Of a stretch of 64,000 nucleotides of DNA, positions 37,901-49,839 are shown piece after piece. This stretch comes from Carcharhinus longimanus (lineage: Eukaryota). The notes under the pieces are model-generated. The model searched no databases, was not told where the DNA came from, and was given only the letters and a program-made list of their open reading frames with translations. The translations under genes and the position numbers were made by a program. Positions within the stretch are counted from its first letter, which is position 1. Each line of letters opens with the position of its first letter. Location: positions 50,624,361 to 50,688,360 of the forward strand of contig JASCQW010000190.1 in the NCBI GenBank assembly GCA_030264375.1, written 5' to 3'.

Positions 37901-40900
37901 CTGATTGTTAAGACCTATTGATCTTCAAATTGTTGATAATGATGAAGAAGAATGTAGTCTATGTGGTAGTGCACCATGGAGATGAGGGAAAGAAAGTAAA
38001 ATTGTCTGCACCAAATTGGCTATGTCAGCAAGATAACAGGAAGAAAAATTAGTTTGTTCTGAGGAAGGATAAACAATTTAAGATTCTGATCCCTGATTAT
38101 TGCCAACTAAATAGTTATGAATGAACTTCAGAGTGAGTGATTCTGGGCTCAATTACCCTGTTCTACCTGCAGTCAAAGGGAGATCTCCACTGCTGACCTG
38201 AGGTAATGCCTTTTAACATTAATGAAAAGCCATTGGTGTGGATGGGGATGGGGCAGATACAGTTGGGTGGCAGTCATGGTTGCAGGAGGAGGAGGAGGAT
38301 GCCTGGTGTGTCAGAGGGCTAAGATTTTCTTCATGGGGCAGCAAGGAATACATTTACTGCTCCTGGCCCGCAGGGAGGTGGTTCTTTTTCTTCCTTATGA
38401 TAAAAGTTACGTTGCATAAAATCTATGCAAGCGCTTGTCAATTTGGCCACAGTTTAGACCTATGCAGTCAGTACTCTATGAATTTGCATAGCCTGGGATT
38501 AAAACCACATTGAAATCTGAATGACAACATTGGACTCTGGCTTTTGTATATTTATGAGGCCCTCACTCCACATGCCTCCTAAAGACATGGTAGCTTGTAC
38601 GAGCAGGGAGTTAAATTATCTGCTTTGGTGTTAACCACTCCCATGTTCTTTTTATTTCATAACTTGGAGGTTAAAATTGGAGTTAAGGGTTAAAATTGCG
38701 CTGTATTAATATTGCAGTTCGACATTGATCTGTAAGCTGTCTCATGTAGAAGTGTGATATATACGAAGTTGTTGAGGGAAGGAGTTTCTTTAAGAGCTTG
38801 CTAAATATGGATCCCCATTGTTGCTGACTACTCATGTGTAAAATCTGTTAATACAGTCACTCTGTTTGGGAGGTGTCAGCACATTTCCCCCATACTTAGC
38901 TTTGCCACTGTTAATAATTCGGTCTTGCAGCAGTGCTTAGTGACAGAAATGTCTTAACACAATGTCGCAATGGACCAGTGCCAATATATACGCAATCTCC
39001 AATCAGCGTTAACTAAATCTTTAGCCTTTATGAATTGCCAGGCCACCCCATTGTGTGAACTAACATCAGATTTCTAGCACTGCGGTAAACTACACCAACA
39101 CCCCTCTTCTTCCCCTCACCATCAAAGAAAAAGGCAACTACAATTCAGCTGGTAATGCCATTTTTTACTACCCATAGATACTGGCTACTGGAGCCAAGTG
39201 GTACAGTCCAGGAATCTCCTGCCCTGAGGGTCAATGGTCTGGCCTTCAGCATTATTCCTACATGGTGACGCAGTAGCCAAGCCTTTAGTAAGTTGTCTAC
39301 CCAGAGCAACACTGGACTGGATTTTAGTCTTGAACCAACACTGAAAACTGATAATCTGCTCTCAAGCATGCTGCTAGCAGAAGAGTCAGTAGGCAGCTTT
39401 TGGTTAGACTCCTATATGCAGGAGCAATGAACTGGCCTTTAGTCTGGCATTAACCTGTTGACTTGAATGTCTTGGGAGTTCTGCCAAGATCTATACTATC
39501 TGTCAATGCCATTGGAGAGTCAAAGTCTTTCCATCTTCCCTAGATGCAGTCTTTGGAGAAAATGTTTTCTGTTGGTGAACTGAATGCTTTTTTAAAAAAT
39601 TCCTATACTCTCTGACAATGCATTGTGCTGCAGTAGATTAAGGTTAACATACTCCGCATTTTATCAACTGCTGCTGTTGCATAGCATGATTTCAATGTTT
39701 TTGATATCAAACACTTCCACATTCAGGTGTTGCATAGTCTACGTGCAGAATGAAATGTGTCTATCATTGCAACATTTCAGTGAGTCTTTCAGGCAATTGC
39801 CAATTAGTACCAGCTTCTTGCATGTTTATGGTGCAGGGTTGGCCCACTGTGGATATAAGGGGAGGATTTCCTGCTTTGGTGCCTACCCAGATTACATAGC
39901 AGAAAATTGCAACGTCTTAAACAGTGAAAACTATTGGTCAGGGATGCAGGTTTACTAAGTGTGACCTTCTGCAGATGCAAGTTGAGAGAGCCGGCATAGT
40001 TAGGGTGGTGGAAGCAGATTCAATACTATCAGACAGTGCATTCCAACTCATCACAACTGACTGCTGTTATCAGCACCATCGAGACCAGGAAGTTTTTAAA
40101 AAAAGATCTGAAACCCCAGCTACTTACCAAAAGAACCATTTAAAAGAAAATAATTTTTACAATGCAAGAGTCAAACAAAGCAAGCACTGAATAATTTCTT
40201 AGGTAACCACATTTACTGTAATACCCAGGATCAATGTAAGTCAAACCTATATTAACAACTGTAGTTGATTATAAACTAGGATTGCACATTAAATGGCAGA
40301 TATGGCGAAGACAGTTCTTATAAATTGGCTCGGCAGTCCATTCAGCAAATCTCACCATACTGAATCACAAAGTTCTTCAAAATTCTGTCTTCCTCGCAAA
40401 GAATTTCAGCTCCTCCCTTTCCAAGGATTTAAACTAATCTCCAATCAACAGCAGTGTACACTCAACCCAAGTTCCATATGTCTTCACCACATATGGGACC
40501 TCAACTCTGTGATGATCTGGTTGGTTTAGATCCACCAGTCTGACCCTCAAGTAATGGAATAGCTGCTGCAACTGCATCTTCGCCTATTCTCAGCTTCTGT
40601 TTCAAACTAGCCCCTGTCTTCTTCAGCCTGCCTGTACTCATCTGAGCCCTGATGGCTCCCTGTCCTTTTATATAGTTCCAACAAGCTTCAATCTCCCAGA
40701 AATTTTGATTTCTAATCTCTATTGCAGTTCAGTTTTTTTAAAAACTGTTGGGAGGCTTTCTCAGTTTCCATTACAGTTTCCCTTTTCAGATGGAGGTTGC
40801 CTCAAAAAATACAAGCTTTAAAACCAGGGATTCAATTGCACTGCTTTAAAAATATTTCTGTTTGTTATGTCTAGTTGTTTTGCCTGACATCAGTGTCCTC

Positions 40901-41740
40901 TGGTTACCAAACCTTCTGCTACTTGGAAAAAATTTCTCCTTATTTACCCATGTCAAAGTGTATTATAAATTTGAACACTGTAATTAAATCTCACCATTAT
41001 CTTTCTGCACCAAGGAGAACAATCTTGGTTTGTTACATCTTTCAGATCCATTTTTTATGTTCATTTTAACCAGAAGAGTGAGCAGTTACAATGAAGTGAC
41101 TGAAATATGCACTGCATTACCACTTGGCTGCAATTTTCAACCAGGTCTGTGAAGTGCCCACCTGAGTCAAAAATGAACCATCTCTATGGCATCAAAGGAG
41201 CCTGTCACCATTTCAACAAGAAGTAAATGGGCTGCCTGTAGCAACTGTCCTGAAAGCTTTTCCAAGTGTCACAGGAAATGTGTGGGCCTTCCCTGCCTGG
41301 ACTTCTGCAGAACCCCCATCCTTGCCCTGAGCCTTGGTCAGCCTCCAATTGTTCACCTTTCCACTTACCACCAATTTCCCGGCTGTTCTAGTTGGGATGG
41401 GGATGATGTTATGTTAATGTTGCCTGGCCTTTACAATTGGCTTCTGTTCCTGGACAAGCTAACTGCTTGCTAAGCCACTTTGCCACATGAGAGTTAAAAC
41501 TGAGTGATGAGCTGTAGGACACAAGATCATGAAACATGCCGCAAAATGCACTTTTTCAGAGATCTGCATGTCCAAACGTCCCTGAAGACAGCAGGACAGG
41601 TAAATAAGGTGGTTAAGAAGACATATGGGATATTTGCTTTTGTTAGCTGAGACATAGAATATAACAGCAGGGAAGTTATGATGAAGCTATATAAAACATT
41701 CATTAGGCCACAGCTAGAGCACTGTGTGCAGTTTTGATTG

Positions 41741-42046
41741 TAAAAAGTCTGACAACACCAGGTTTCAGTCCAACCGATTTATTTGATAGTACACTCACTA
41801 GCTTTCGGGTTAGCCCCTTCGTCAGGTGAATGGAGAGTTCTGGCCTCAGACAGAGCATATAAAGCACAGNNNNNNNNNNNNNNNNNNNNNNNNNNNNNNN
41901 NNNNNNNNNNNNNNNNNNNNNNNNNNNNNNNNNNNNNNNNNNNNNNNNNNNNNNNNNNNNNNNNNNNNNATCGGTTGGACTGAAACCTGGCGTTGTCAGA
42001 CTTTTTACTGTGTTTACCCCAGTCCAACGCCGGCATATCCACATCA
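41741..42046. mobile_element. Young Penelope-like element (inverted pseudo-LTRs, interior in an N gap) with a 14-bp TSD
   Basis: Perfect TSD TGCAGTTTTGATTG at 41727-41740 and 42047-42060. ~39-bp near-perfect inverted ends (41740-41778 / 41970-42008) and a ~38-nt one-sided 3' extension. Confidence 0.85.
41792..41832 (-). ncRNA. Minimal type-I hammerhead ribozyme motif (Penelope-associated)
   Basis: Minus strand CAUUCAC-CUGACGA-A-GGG(GCUAA)CCC-GAAA-GC-UA-GUGAGUG: conserved CUGANGA and GAAA boxes, 7-bp stem I, 3-bp stem II, palindromic AGCU at the vestigial stem III, UH cleavage site. Confidence 0.8.
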
Positions 42047-43854
42047 TGCAGTTTTGATTGCCATGCTATAGGAAGGATCTGATTGTACTAGAGAGAGGCT
42101 GCAGAGGAAATTCAACAGGATGTGGCCTAGGTTGGAGCGTTTCAGCCCTGAAGAGAAACTGGTTAGGCTGGGGTGTTTTCCTTAGAGCAGAAAAGGCTGA
42201 GGGGAACCTGACCAAGCTGTGCAAAATTATGAGGGATATAGAGAGGTTAGTGGGAAGAAACTTTTCCCCTTAGTAGTCAATAACCAGGGGGCACAGATTT
42301 AAGGTAAGGAGCAGGAGATTTAGAGGGGATTTGAGGAAAAACCTTTTCACTTAGGGAATGGTGGGAATCTGGAACTCACTGCCTGAAAGCATAGTAGAGA
42401 TAGAAACCCTCAACATTTGAGGAGTATTTAGTAGAGAATTTGAAGTGCAATAGCATACAAGGCTATGAACCAAGTGCTCCAAAATGGGATTTGAATAGAT
42501 AGGTGTTTGATGGCCAGATTTTTTCTGTGCTGTAAAATTCTATGACATTAAATCAGATAATATGCTGAGGAATTCACATCAACAGGGCACTGGTAAGTTA
42601 GTAGCCACTGGAATACGCTACTGTCTACTGTTCTTTAACTCAAGCTTTAGAATTGTTGATGAAATGTGGGATTGTCATCCCTACTGGAGAGTCAAAGGCT
42701 GTGCGAGGGAAACATTTTGTTTGTGTGTTTTAAGGGGTGTGAATATCAGTTCAAACCCATTGAAACATGATTCTTACCAGTCAGAAAATCTTCAGCTTTA
42801 TGGCATTAGAACAGATTAGGGCTCACCATTCAAGATTCACAGAGGAGAGGGACATGAGCCAAATATATCAGGTATCCAGACTGTCATTTATATAGTAAGT
42901 AATACTTTCTGAAGTCAGTCAGATGTTGCCAAGCCACTCCATTATTAAAAGCATACTTGTGCATCAATTTGTTGCCTTTTGTTCAGACCACTCCTCAATT
43001 GCTAAAAGGATAAAGTACATACATTAACTTCCTCTGAATTGCCAGCTTGTTATGGTAACAGCCCATATCAGGAGGACCAACTCATTAGGTAGAATAATAT
43101 CATCAGATTGGATGGCTGATTTAGTGTGGCTCTTTGGTAACTGATAACCCTCAGTTCCTCTCATTAGCTGTCTTCCCCAGCCCTGACTGTGATATTTTGT
43201 GACTGGCAGTATTTGCGTATAGTGCTATCCTTTAGGATTCTGGTGTGTTCCAGCTGAGTTTCGGCCATTGTATAATGTTGTGATTACACAAAGACAATCA
43301 CTATAAAGGGAAGGCACTAGCACATCAGAGCATTTTCAACATAGCCTGTATTTACCACAAGATTTGGCGATTAGTAGGTTTTCAAGACACCATTACTTTA
43401 AGGTCAGTATTCACCCATTGAAAATATTGGCTAGTGCCAAAATAATTACTAGAATCAGGAAATTTAGACTTAATAGTTTGATCAAAATCATCTGCTTTAT
43501 TTTGTGTGTTCCAGCATGAGCTTTGTGTGCATGCAGTTTAATTTTGGATGCGATTGCCTCTCAGAGTGCCTTTTTAGAATGTGAAGTAATGATGTTTTCC
43601 ACTCATTAGTTGTTCTTCTAAGTGAACCATACCACACGGATCAAAATACTACTCTTCCAGAATATTCCCTGCCATTCTTCACTCTTCTGATTGTTTCTTG
43701 TTGTTGCTATTGATCCTTATTGATCTTGTATAGTTCTCAAACTCCTCTCTTAGAACATTAGGTGGAAGCTATTCCAATGGATACAAATATGCCTGTGCCG
43801 TGTTAATGTGAATCCCTAAAGATATGATCCGATTTGGAACTCAAGGGAAAAGGA

Positions 43855-44126
43855 AAATGAAGAAGCATTTATATAGTACCTTTCATGACCTTGGGATGTC
43901 CTGAACCATTTTACAACCAACAAAATATTTTTGAAATGTAGCCAGTATAGGAAACACAGCCAGTTTGCACACAGCAAGGTTTCAAAAACAGCAAATTGAG
44001 AATTAACAGATAATCTGCATAAGTGACATTGGTTGAGGGGTTACACATTGGCTAGGAAACCAAGGGAAAACACCCTTGCTCTTCTTCAAAATATCACTGC
44101 AGGATCTTGTATGTCCAGATGAGAGG
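43855..44126 (-). mobile_element. DeuSINE-like 3' half
   Basis: GCATTTATATAGTACCTTTCATGACC...TTTGCACACAGCAAG...GCTCTTCTTCAAAAT is the reverse complement of the body and tail of the 16540 copy. Confidence 0.7.
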
Positions 44127-44470
44127 TAGAGTTGCCAATCCTCCAGGGTTGGTCTGGAGCCTCCGGGAGTTGAAGATCAATCTCCAGGACACTGCAGTTT
44201 GCAGCCCTGGCAAAAAATCATTGGGATATTTAAAAAAAAGTTTGTCATTTTTGGTGAACGTTTCCCTTTACCAGATATAAAAATGTTGAAAATAAAAAAA
44301 AAATGTTTGACTGACAGTCAAGCACCATCCAATTGGGTACTGAGTCTTTTTGCTTTCCTACTGGCAGAGGAAGGGAGTGCGTCACAAAAATGGATGCATT
44401 GGCCAACTAATGGCTAGAGTATGGGGGCAAGTCACGGGCTGAAACCTCCAATTTATATTCCAGGCAAGCG
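44127..44470. mobile_element. Possible hAT (Tip100-like) non-autonomous element
   Basis: Starts TAGAGTTGCCAATCCTCCAGG (TAGGGTTGCCA-type terminus) exactly where the SINE similarity stops. The right end is decayed. Confidence 0.45.
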
Positions 44471-45654
44471 TCCCCCTGCCATATTTCATCTCACAGAATC
44501 AACTTCTCCTTTTGTACTTATCCACTTTTCCCTTAACCATATCTATGCTAATTACTTAGTACCCTACTGCATGTGGTTCTGATGTCCACCAGTCTCAGCA
44601 TTAGGAATAAAATTAATCGGAGATAACATGCTTGCAATGTGTTCAGGTTGTGATGAATCACCGTACATGGTTGACCGAGTAACTTACGAGCACAATGTGA
44701 ACTATAGTCACTTTATATAGTCATATTGGAAATATTTGTGATTAATGATGATTTCCATTATATAATCTAATATGTGCAAGTTGTGGTGACCAAGGATAAG
44801 CTTCCAATGACACTTTATTAAATGGGAGATACGGAGTAGAGGCGAGCAACTCTTCGAGGCAGGTGCTCCAATCTCACTGCCTTGCAGTGATGACAGGATG
44901 GTATGACCTGGAACTGAATTGCTGGAATGTCTGTACACTCAGTTGCTTGTAGAGGGCGACCTGAAGGAATGGCATTAAGTGTGAAAAGCATTATAATATT
45001 TCAACTCAACTGCTTGGCCGCTCCCTCTGACACTCTATTATCCGATTCATGGGCCTGTTTCACTGTCCTTTCATTCATGCTTGGAGAGAATGCACAACAG
45101 TTTTAAATAGACCATGTTCTTTTTGAGTCTAGACAGGTGAATCAGTAAACTAAAATGTTTACGTAGTTTGAGAAGAAATGTCAAGTCTAGCAGTACATAA
45201 CTGCTTTTTGAGACATGATAGCAAAAATGTGCTCAACATTTATGGATTGTTGATTAAACTGGCAGGGAGACACTGCCCCTTTCTGCCTTTCACTGTTACG
45301 ACACTCAACATCATCCAGATGGATAGCTGTGTAACTGAGGTTTAAATCCAAGGAGGGCATTTCACAATTTATAATACCAGAAGTGAAGGTAGTCATGTAA
45401 AAGTTGGATGTGCTCCTTACAAATGGTGTTTCTTGAATTCGTCCATGCCTTCCATATCCAGGTATCCCCTATTTATAATGCATTCTAATAGTGCATTTTC
45501 AATTTAACACAGTTTGTTATTTAGTTTAATAAAAATCATGTTATTATAGAAGATGGTGTACTTAACCAGCTGGCATTAGGATAATTAATCTCAGTTCGTG
45601 GAAAACACAGAGGGGGATTACCACTGTAGTTTACACATATAATTCATTTGTGTA

Positions 45655-46530
45655 TAAGACCATAAGACATAGGATCAGAATTAGGCCACTCGGCCCATCA
45701 AGTTTGCTCTGCCATTCAATCGTGGCTGATATTTTTCTCATCCCCATTCTCCTGCCTTTTCCCCATAACCCCTGATCCCCTTATTAANNNNNNNNNNNNN
45801 NNNNNNNNNNNNNNNNNNNNNNNNNNNNNNNNNNNNNNNNNNNNNNNNNNNNNNNNNNNNNNNNNNNNNNNNNNNNNNNNNNNNNNNNNNNNNNNNNNNN
45901 NNNNNNNNNNNNNNNNNNNNNNNNNNNNNNNNNNNNNNNNNNNNNNNNNNNNNNNNNNNNNNNNNNNNNNNNNNNNNNNNNNNNNNNNNNNNNNNNNNNN
46001 NNNNNNNNNNNNNNNNNNNNNNNNNNNNNNNNNNNNNNNNNNNNNNNNNCCAGAGTCCTCAACCGTTCCTCATATGACAAGCTCTTCATTCCAGGGATCA
46101 TTCTTGTGAACCTCCTCTGGACCTTTTCCAAGGCCAGCACATCTTTCCTCAGATATGGAGCCCAAATCTGCTCACGATACTCTAAACAGGGTCTGACTAG
46201 AACCTTAAACAGCCTCAGAAGTACATCCCTGCTCTTGTATTCTAATCCTCTCAATATGAATGCTAACATTGCATTTGCCTTCCTAACTGCTGACTGAACC
46301 TGCACATTAATCTTAAGAGAATCTTGAACAACAACTCCCTTTGTGCTTCTGATTTCCTAAGCATTTCCTCATTTAGAAAATAGTCTGTGCCTCCATTCCT
46401 CCTTCCAAAGTGCATAACCTCACACTTTTCCAAATTGTATTCCATCTGCCCCTTCTATGCTCACTCTCCTAACCTGTCCAAGTCCTTCTACAGCCCCCCT
46501 GTTTTCTTAATATTACCTGTCCCTCTACAT
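45655..46530 (-). mobile_element. CR1 LINE 3' fragment (with N gap)
   Basis: ORF: QVQSAVRKANAMLAFILRGLEYKSRDVLLRLFKVLVRPCLEYREQIWAPYLRKDVLALEKVQRRFTRMIPG. (CATAAGAC)n tail. Confidence 0.92.
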
Positions 46531-46545
46531 ACAACAGTTTAAGGA

Positions 46546-47220
46546 CTTTTTTTAATTTTCATACAATGTGGGTGTCACTGGCTAAGCCAGTATTTATTGC
46601 CCATCTCTAATTGCTCTTGAGAAAGTGGTGGTGATCTACTGTCTTGAACTGCTGCAGTCCTTATGTTATAGATAACACTCACAGTGCTGTTAGTGAGTGA
46701 GTTCCAGGGTTTTAATCCAGCGACAGTGAAGAAAGATGTATTTCCAAGTCAGGATGGTGAGTGACTTGGGCAGGGGGACCTTGCAGCATCTCCTGTCATT
46801 TTGGATGGTAAGAGTCATCAGTTTGGAAGGTGCTGTTGAAGGAGCCTTGGTAAATTGCTGCTATGCATCTTATAGATTGTACAAACTGCGACTATCATGC
46901 GTTGATGATGGAGGATGCGAATGTTGAAGGTGATTGCTGGTGTGCCAATCAAGTGGGCTGTTTTGTCTTGGATGATGTTGAGCTTCTGAGGTGTTATTAA
47001 AGCTGCACTCATCCAGGCAAGTGGAGAATATTCTATCACACTCCTGATTTGTGCCTTGTAGATGCGGACAGGCTTTAAGAAGTCGGAAGATGAGTTACTT
47101 GCTGCAGAACTCCTAGCCTCTGTCCTATTCTTTCAAACATGTTATTTATATGGCTAGTCCAGTTCAGTTTTTGGTCAATGATAACCCTCAGGATGTTGAT
47201 ATTGAGGAGTCAGCAATGGT
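46546..47220 (-). mobile_element. CR1/L2-group LINE 3' fragment (second lineage, poly-A tail)
   Basis: YKAQIRSVIEYSPLAWMSAALITPQKLNIIQDKTAHLIG, the RT C-terminal region. A-rich 3' end at ~46550. Confidence 0.8.
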
Positions 47221-47221
47221 A

Positions 47222-47520
47222 ATTTAGCAATGTGATATATGAACTTCAGTGCCAGTGTGATGCTAGGTATGTGGGCTGTATGTCACAGAGACATATATCA
47301 AACAGCATGTTGCTAGCTACTTTTCACAGCGAGCAAGGTACAGACTGTACCCAACCAGTCCGTGCATCCAAAACTCAAATTGCTGTGTCCAACAGTAGAT
47401 GTGATTTGGCTTTTAGACAATATTTTGCTAAATAATACTCCGTGTCATAAAAACAACAGTATCCTGATGAGCGCAAAATGAAAAGCTTCAACATGTCTCT
47501 TTTTTTCAGTAATACTCATG
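47222..47520 (+). mobile_element. Penelope-like element relic: GIY-YIG endonuclease fragment and 3' end with a decayed hammerhead
   Basis: SNVIYELQCQCDARYVG..SQR matches the PLE GIY-YIG motif (VIY...YVG). CTGATGA-GCGCAAAAT-GAAAAGCTTC at 47464-47489. Confidence 0.75.
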
Positions 47521-48149
47521 ATGTTCAGTAGTGCTAAACCACTATTTGATCACCAAATGTTCAAAATCCACCACAGCTCCCCTTTTGCCCAATACATTTG
47601 TTAGTTTGAATAAAAAAGTGCATTTGTAGTTCAGTTCACTGTGCCAATGTAGGAAGGTGAAGCTTCCCTTAGGTACATTATGTTCAGGAATGTAGTGGCT
47701 GCATTGCTTCATCTGTGGCACGATTGTTTGGTCCTGGCACAAAAAACATAGTGGATTTATATAGTTTCTTCAATTATTTAAGGCAGCTTCTGTAACTGAA
47801 TGAATAATTTATCTGTAAGAACCAGCAGCGTTGTGCATTAGTTTAATATTTATTTCAATAGGCCATACTGTATATGTTTTATTAGCACAGGGGTCAGATC
47901 TCAAAGGGGGTTCCTTTGTGAAATCGTAAAACCCATTTTGTCCTTGTCACTGAGTGTGCTTCTAGTCATTGCTGTCTTCTACTGAGTGTCCTTGCACTGA
48001 TTGGAATTCTGTTCTCCTAAGTCTTATGTTCTAATGTTGAGGCAAGACCATTTTCTTGCCAGCTGGACTTCTCATTCTAAATGCAGGGTTAGGTCTGTGA
48101 CCTTGCCCAGAGAATCTTGAGCTGTCACAAAGTGATAGGCATGTTATAA

Positions 48150-48570
48150 ATGGTGAGCCCTGGATGGAAAGAGTGAGGTTGGAGAACAGGTAAGCAGGGG
48201 CGAGGGATGGAGGGAGCAGGTGTCCAGGGGCAGGATAGATGGGTGAGCAAACAGGAGTGAGACTGGACAGCAGGCGGGCAGGGGTGAGGCAAGAGAGCAG
48301 GTAGGCAGGGATGAGGCGAGAGAGCGGGCAGGCAAGAATGGGGCGGGAGAATGGGCAGACAGCATGAGGTAGGGCAGGGATGAGGTGGGCGGGCGGGAGC
48401 GAGTAAGGAGAGCAGGCGGGAGAGCGGACGGGCGGGAGCGAGGAAGGAGAGCGGGTGGGAGGGCGGGCGGGAGCGAGGAAGGAGAGCAGGCGGGAGAGCG
48501 GGTGGGCGGGAGCGAGGAAGGAGAGCGGGTGGGCGGGAGCGAGGAAGGAGAGCGGGCGGGAAGACCAGGT
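48150..48570 (+). repeat. Purine/G-rich minisatellite (~27-bp unit GGGCGGGAGCGAGGAAGGAGAGCGGGT)
   Basis: At least four near-identical units at ~48430-48560, degenerating upstream. Confidence 0.85.
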
Positions 48571-48674
48571 GACAATATTAAAATAGTTTTATTGGGCTGC
48601 AGGGTGCTGGTGGGGCTGGTTTCAGGGACTGGGGTACACAGTGCAGGACCTTGATAGGGAGTATTGATGTGTTA

Positions 48675-48862
48675 TAGAATCATAGAATCTCTACAGTGCA
48701 GAAGCCCATTGAGTGTGTATCAACTCTTCGAAAGAGCATCTTACCCAGGCCTATCCCCGTAACCCTTTGTATTTACAATTGGCTAATCCACTTAACCTAC
48801 ACATCTCTGGACTGTAGGAGGAAACCAGAGCACCCAGAGGAAACCCATGGAGACATAGGGAG
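48675..48862 (-). mobile_element. Partial HE1-type V-SINE
   Basis: GGAAACCAGAGCACCCAGAGGAAACCCA V-domain and an ATAGAATCATAGAATC tail. Confidence 0.8.
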
Positions 48863-49600
48863 AAGATTGATGGGGAGCCAAAGCTCTGCGACTGCCTGTT
48901 GCCTGTTGCCCCTTCCATTCCTTAGTCATGTCATTACAGGCTTTCTCTGAGGGAGAGAGAAGGAAGCAATGAACATGTGGAGAGAATTTTATTCAGAAAT
49001 AGAGGGGTAAAGGATGAGCCAAAGTAAGAGGGAAATGATGAACCAGAAGCAGCATAAAGCCCATTAGTGATTTCCTTGATTTGTCAGCACTTCTTGTGCA
49101 TTGCTGACTGAGGAAGGTTACCATGGATACAAGGAGCAAATGGGATGGTGGGGATTGGAGTGAATTAAAAAAATACATATTTGGACAAAGGAAAATGACT
49201 GCAGCTTGGGTATTGTAAGGGTCATAATGCAAGTTGTCTGAGAGTGAAACACTCCAAGCAAAAGGCTCTGGTTGTTCTGATTTAATGTTGGACAATGTTA
49301 TTTTGTTGATCTGAATGCTGCTTGATTGTATCCATGAAGATTTTGTGCAGATTATTATATGTTTATAAATCATAAGAGTCATTAGACCCACTGGCACTGT
49401 TTGAGACCTGCTGCCCACAGATGAATTAGAACCTTCTTTGGCTGTGGAGAAGTTCAGTTGCAGGGAAAATGCACCCAAATACCTGTTGAGGAAGATGGGA
49501 AGGATTAAAATTAAGGCTCCAAATGGTTGGAGAATGATGCACTCATCATGTGCGTGAAACAGTAATTTATTGAGGGAGATGAGACAACTAGTTTATTTAC

Positions 49601-49760
49601 AGCAAAAACAGAAAATGCTGGAAATTTTTAGCAGGCCTGACAGCATCTGTGGAGAGAGAATGGAGCCAACATTTCAGTCTGGATGACTCTTCTTCAGAGT
49701 CAACATTTTCTGTTTTTATTTCGAGTTCCAGCACTCTCAGTAATTTGCTTTTATTTTAGC
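49601..49760. mobile_element. Penelope-like terminus with a decayed hammerhead
   Basis: Partially inverted ends (AAAAACAGAAAATG / CATTTTCTGTTTTT). Minus strand CTGAAGA-AG-AGTC(ATCCA)GACT-GAAA-TGTT. Confidence 0.65.
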
Positions 49761-49839
49761 TCACTTACAGTTTAGTAGTTGAAGCCTCAGAGAGCTGAAC
49801 TCCTTTGTTCCTCTTCCATTTATTATGAACGTTGAGGGC

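Larger units (their letters stand above)
41560..42545 (+). mobile_element. CR1 LINE 3' fragment interrupted by a Penelope-like insertion
   Basis: EYNSREVMMKLYKTFIRPQLEHCVQF before the insert and PCYRKDLIVLER after it, then a 3' UTR. Confidence 0.85.

Noticed and set aside
44650-44720. Box C-like GTGATGA suggesting a C/D snoRNA (others at 41504 and 31491)
   Set aside because: No properly spaced box D with a terminal stem. The motif frequency is consistent with chance.
48144-48654. Pro/Ser-rich and Gly/Arg/Glu-rich ORFs
   Set aside because: These are translations of a low-complexity minisatellite with no splice or homology support.
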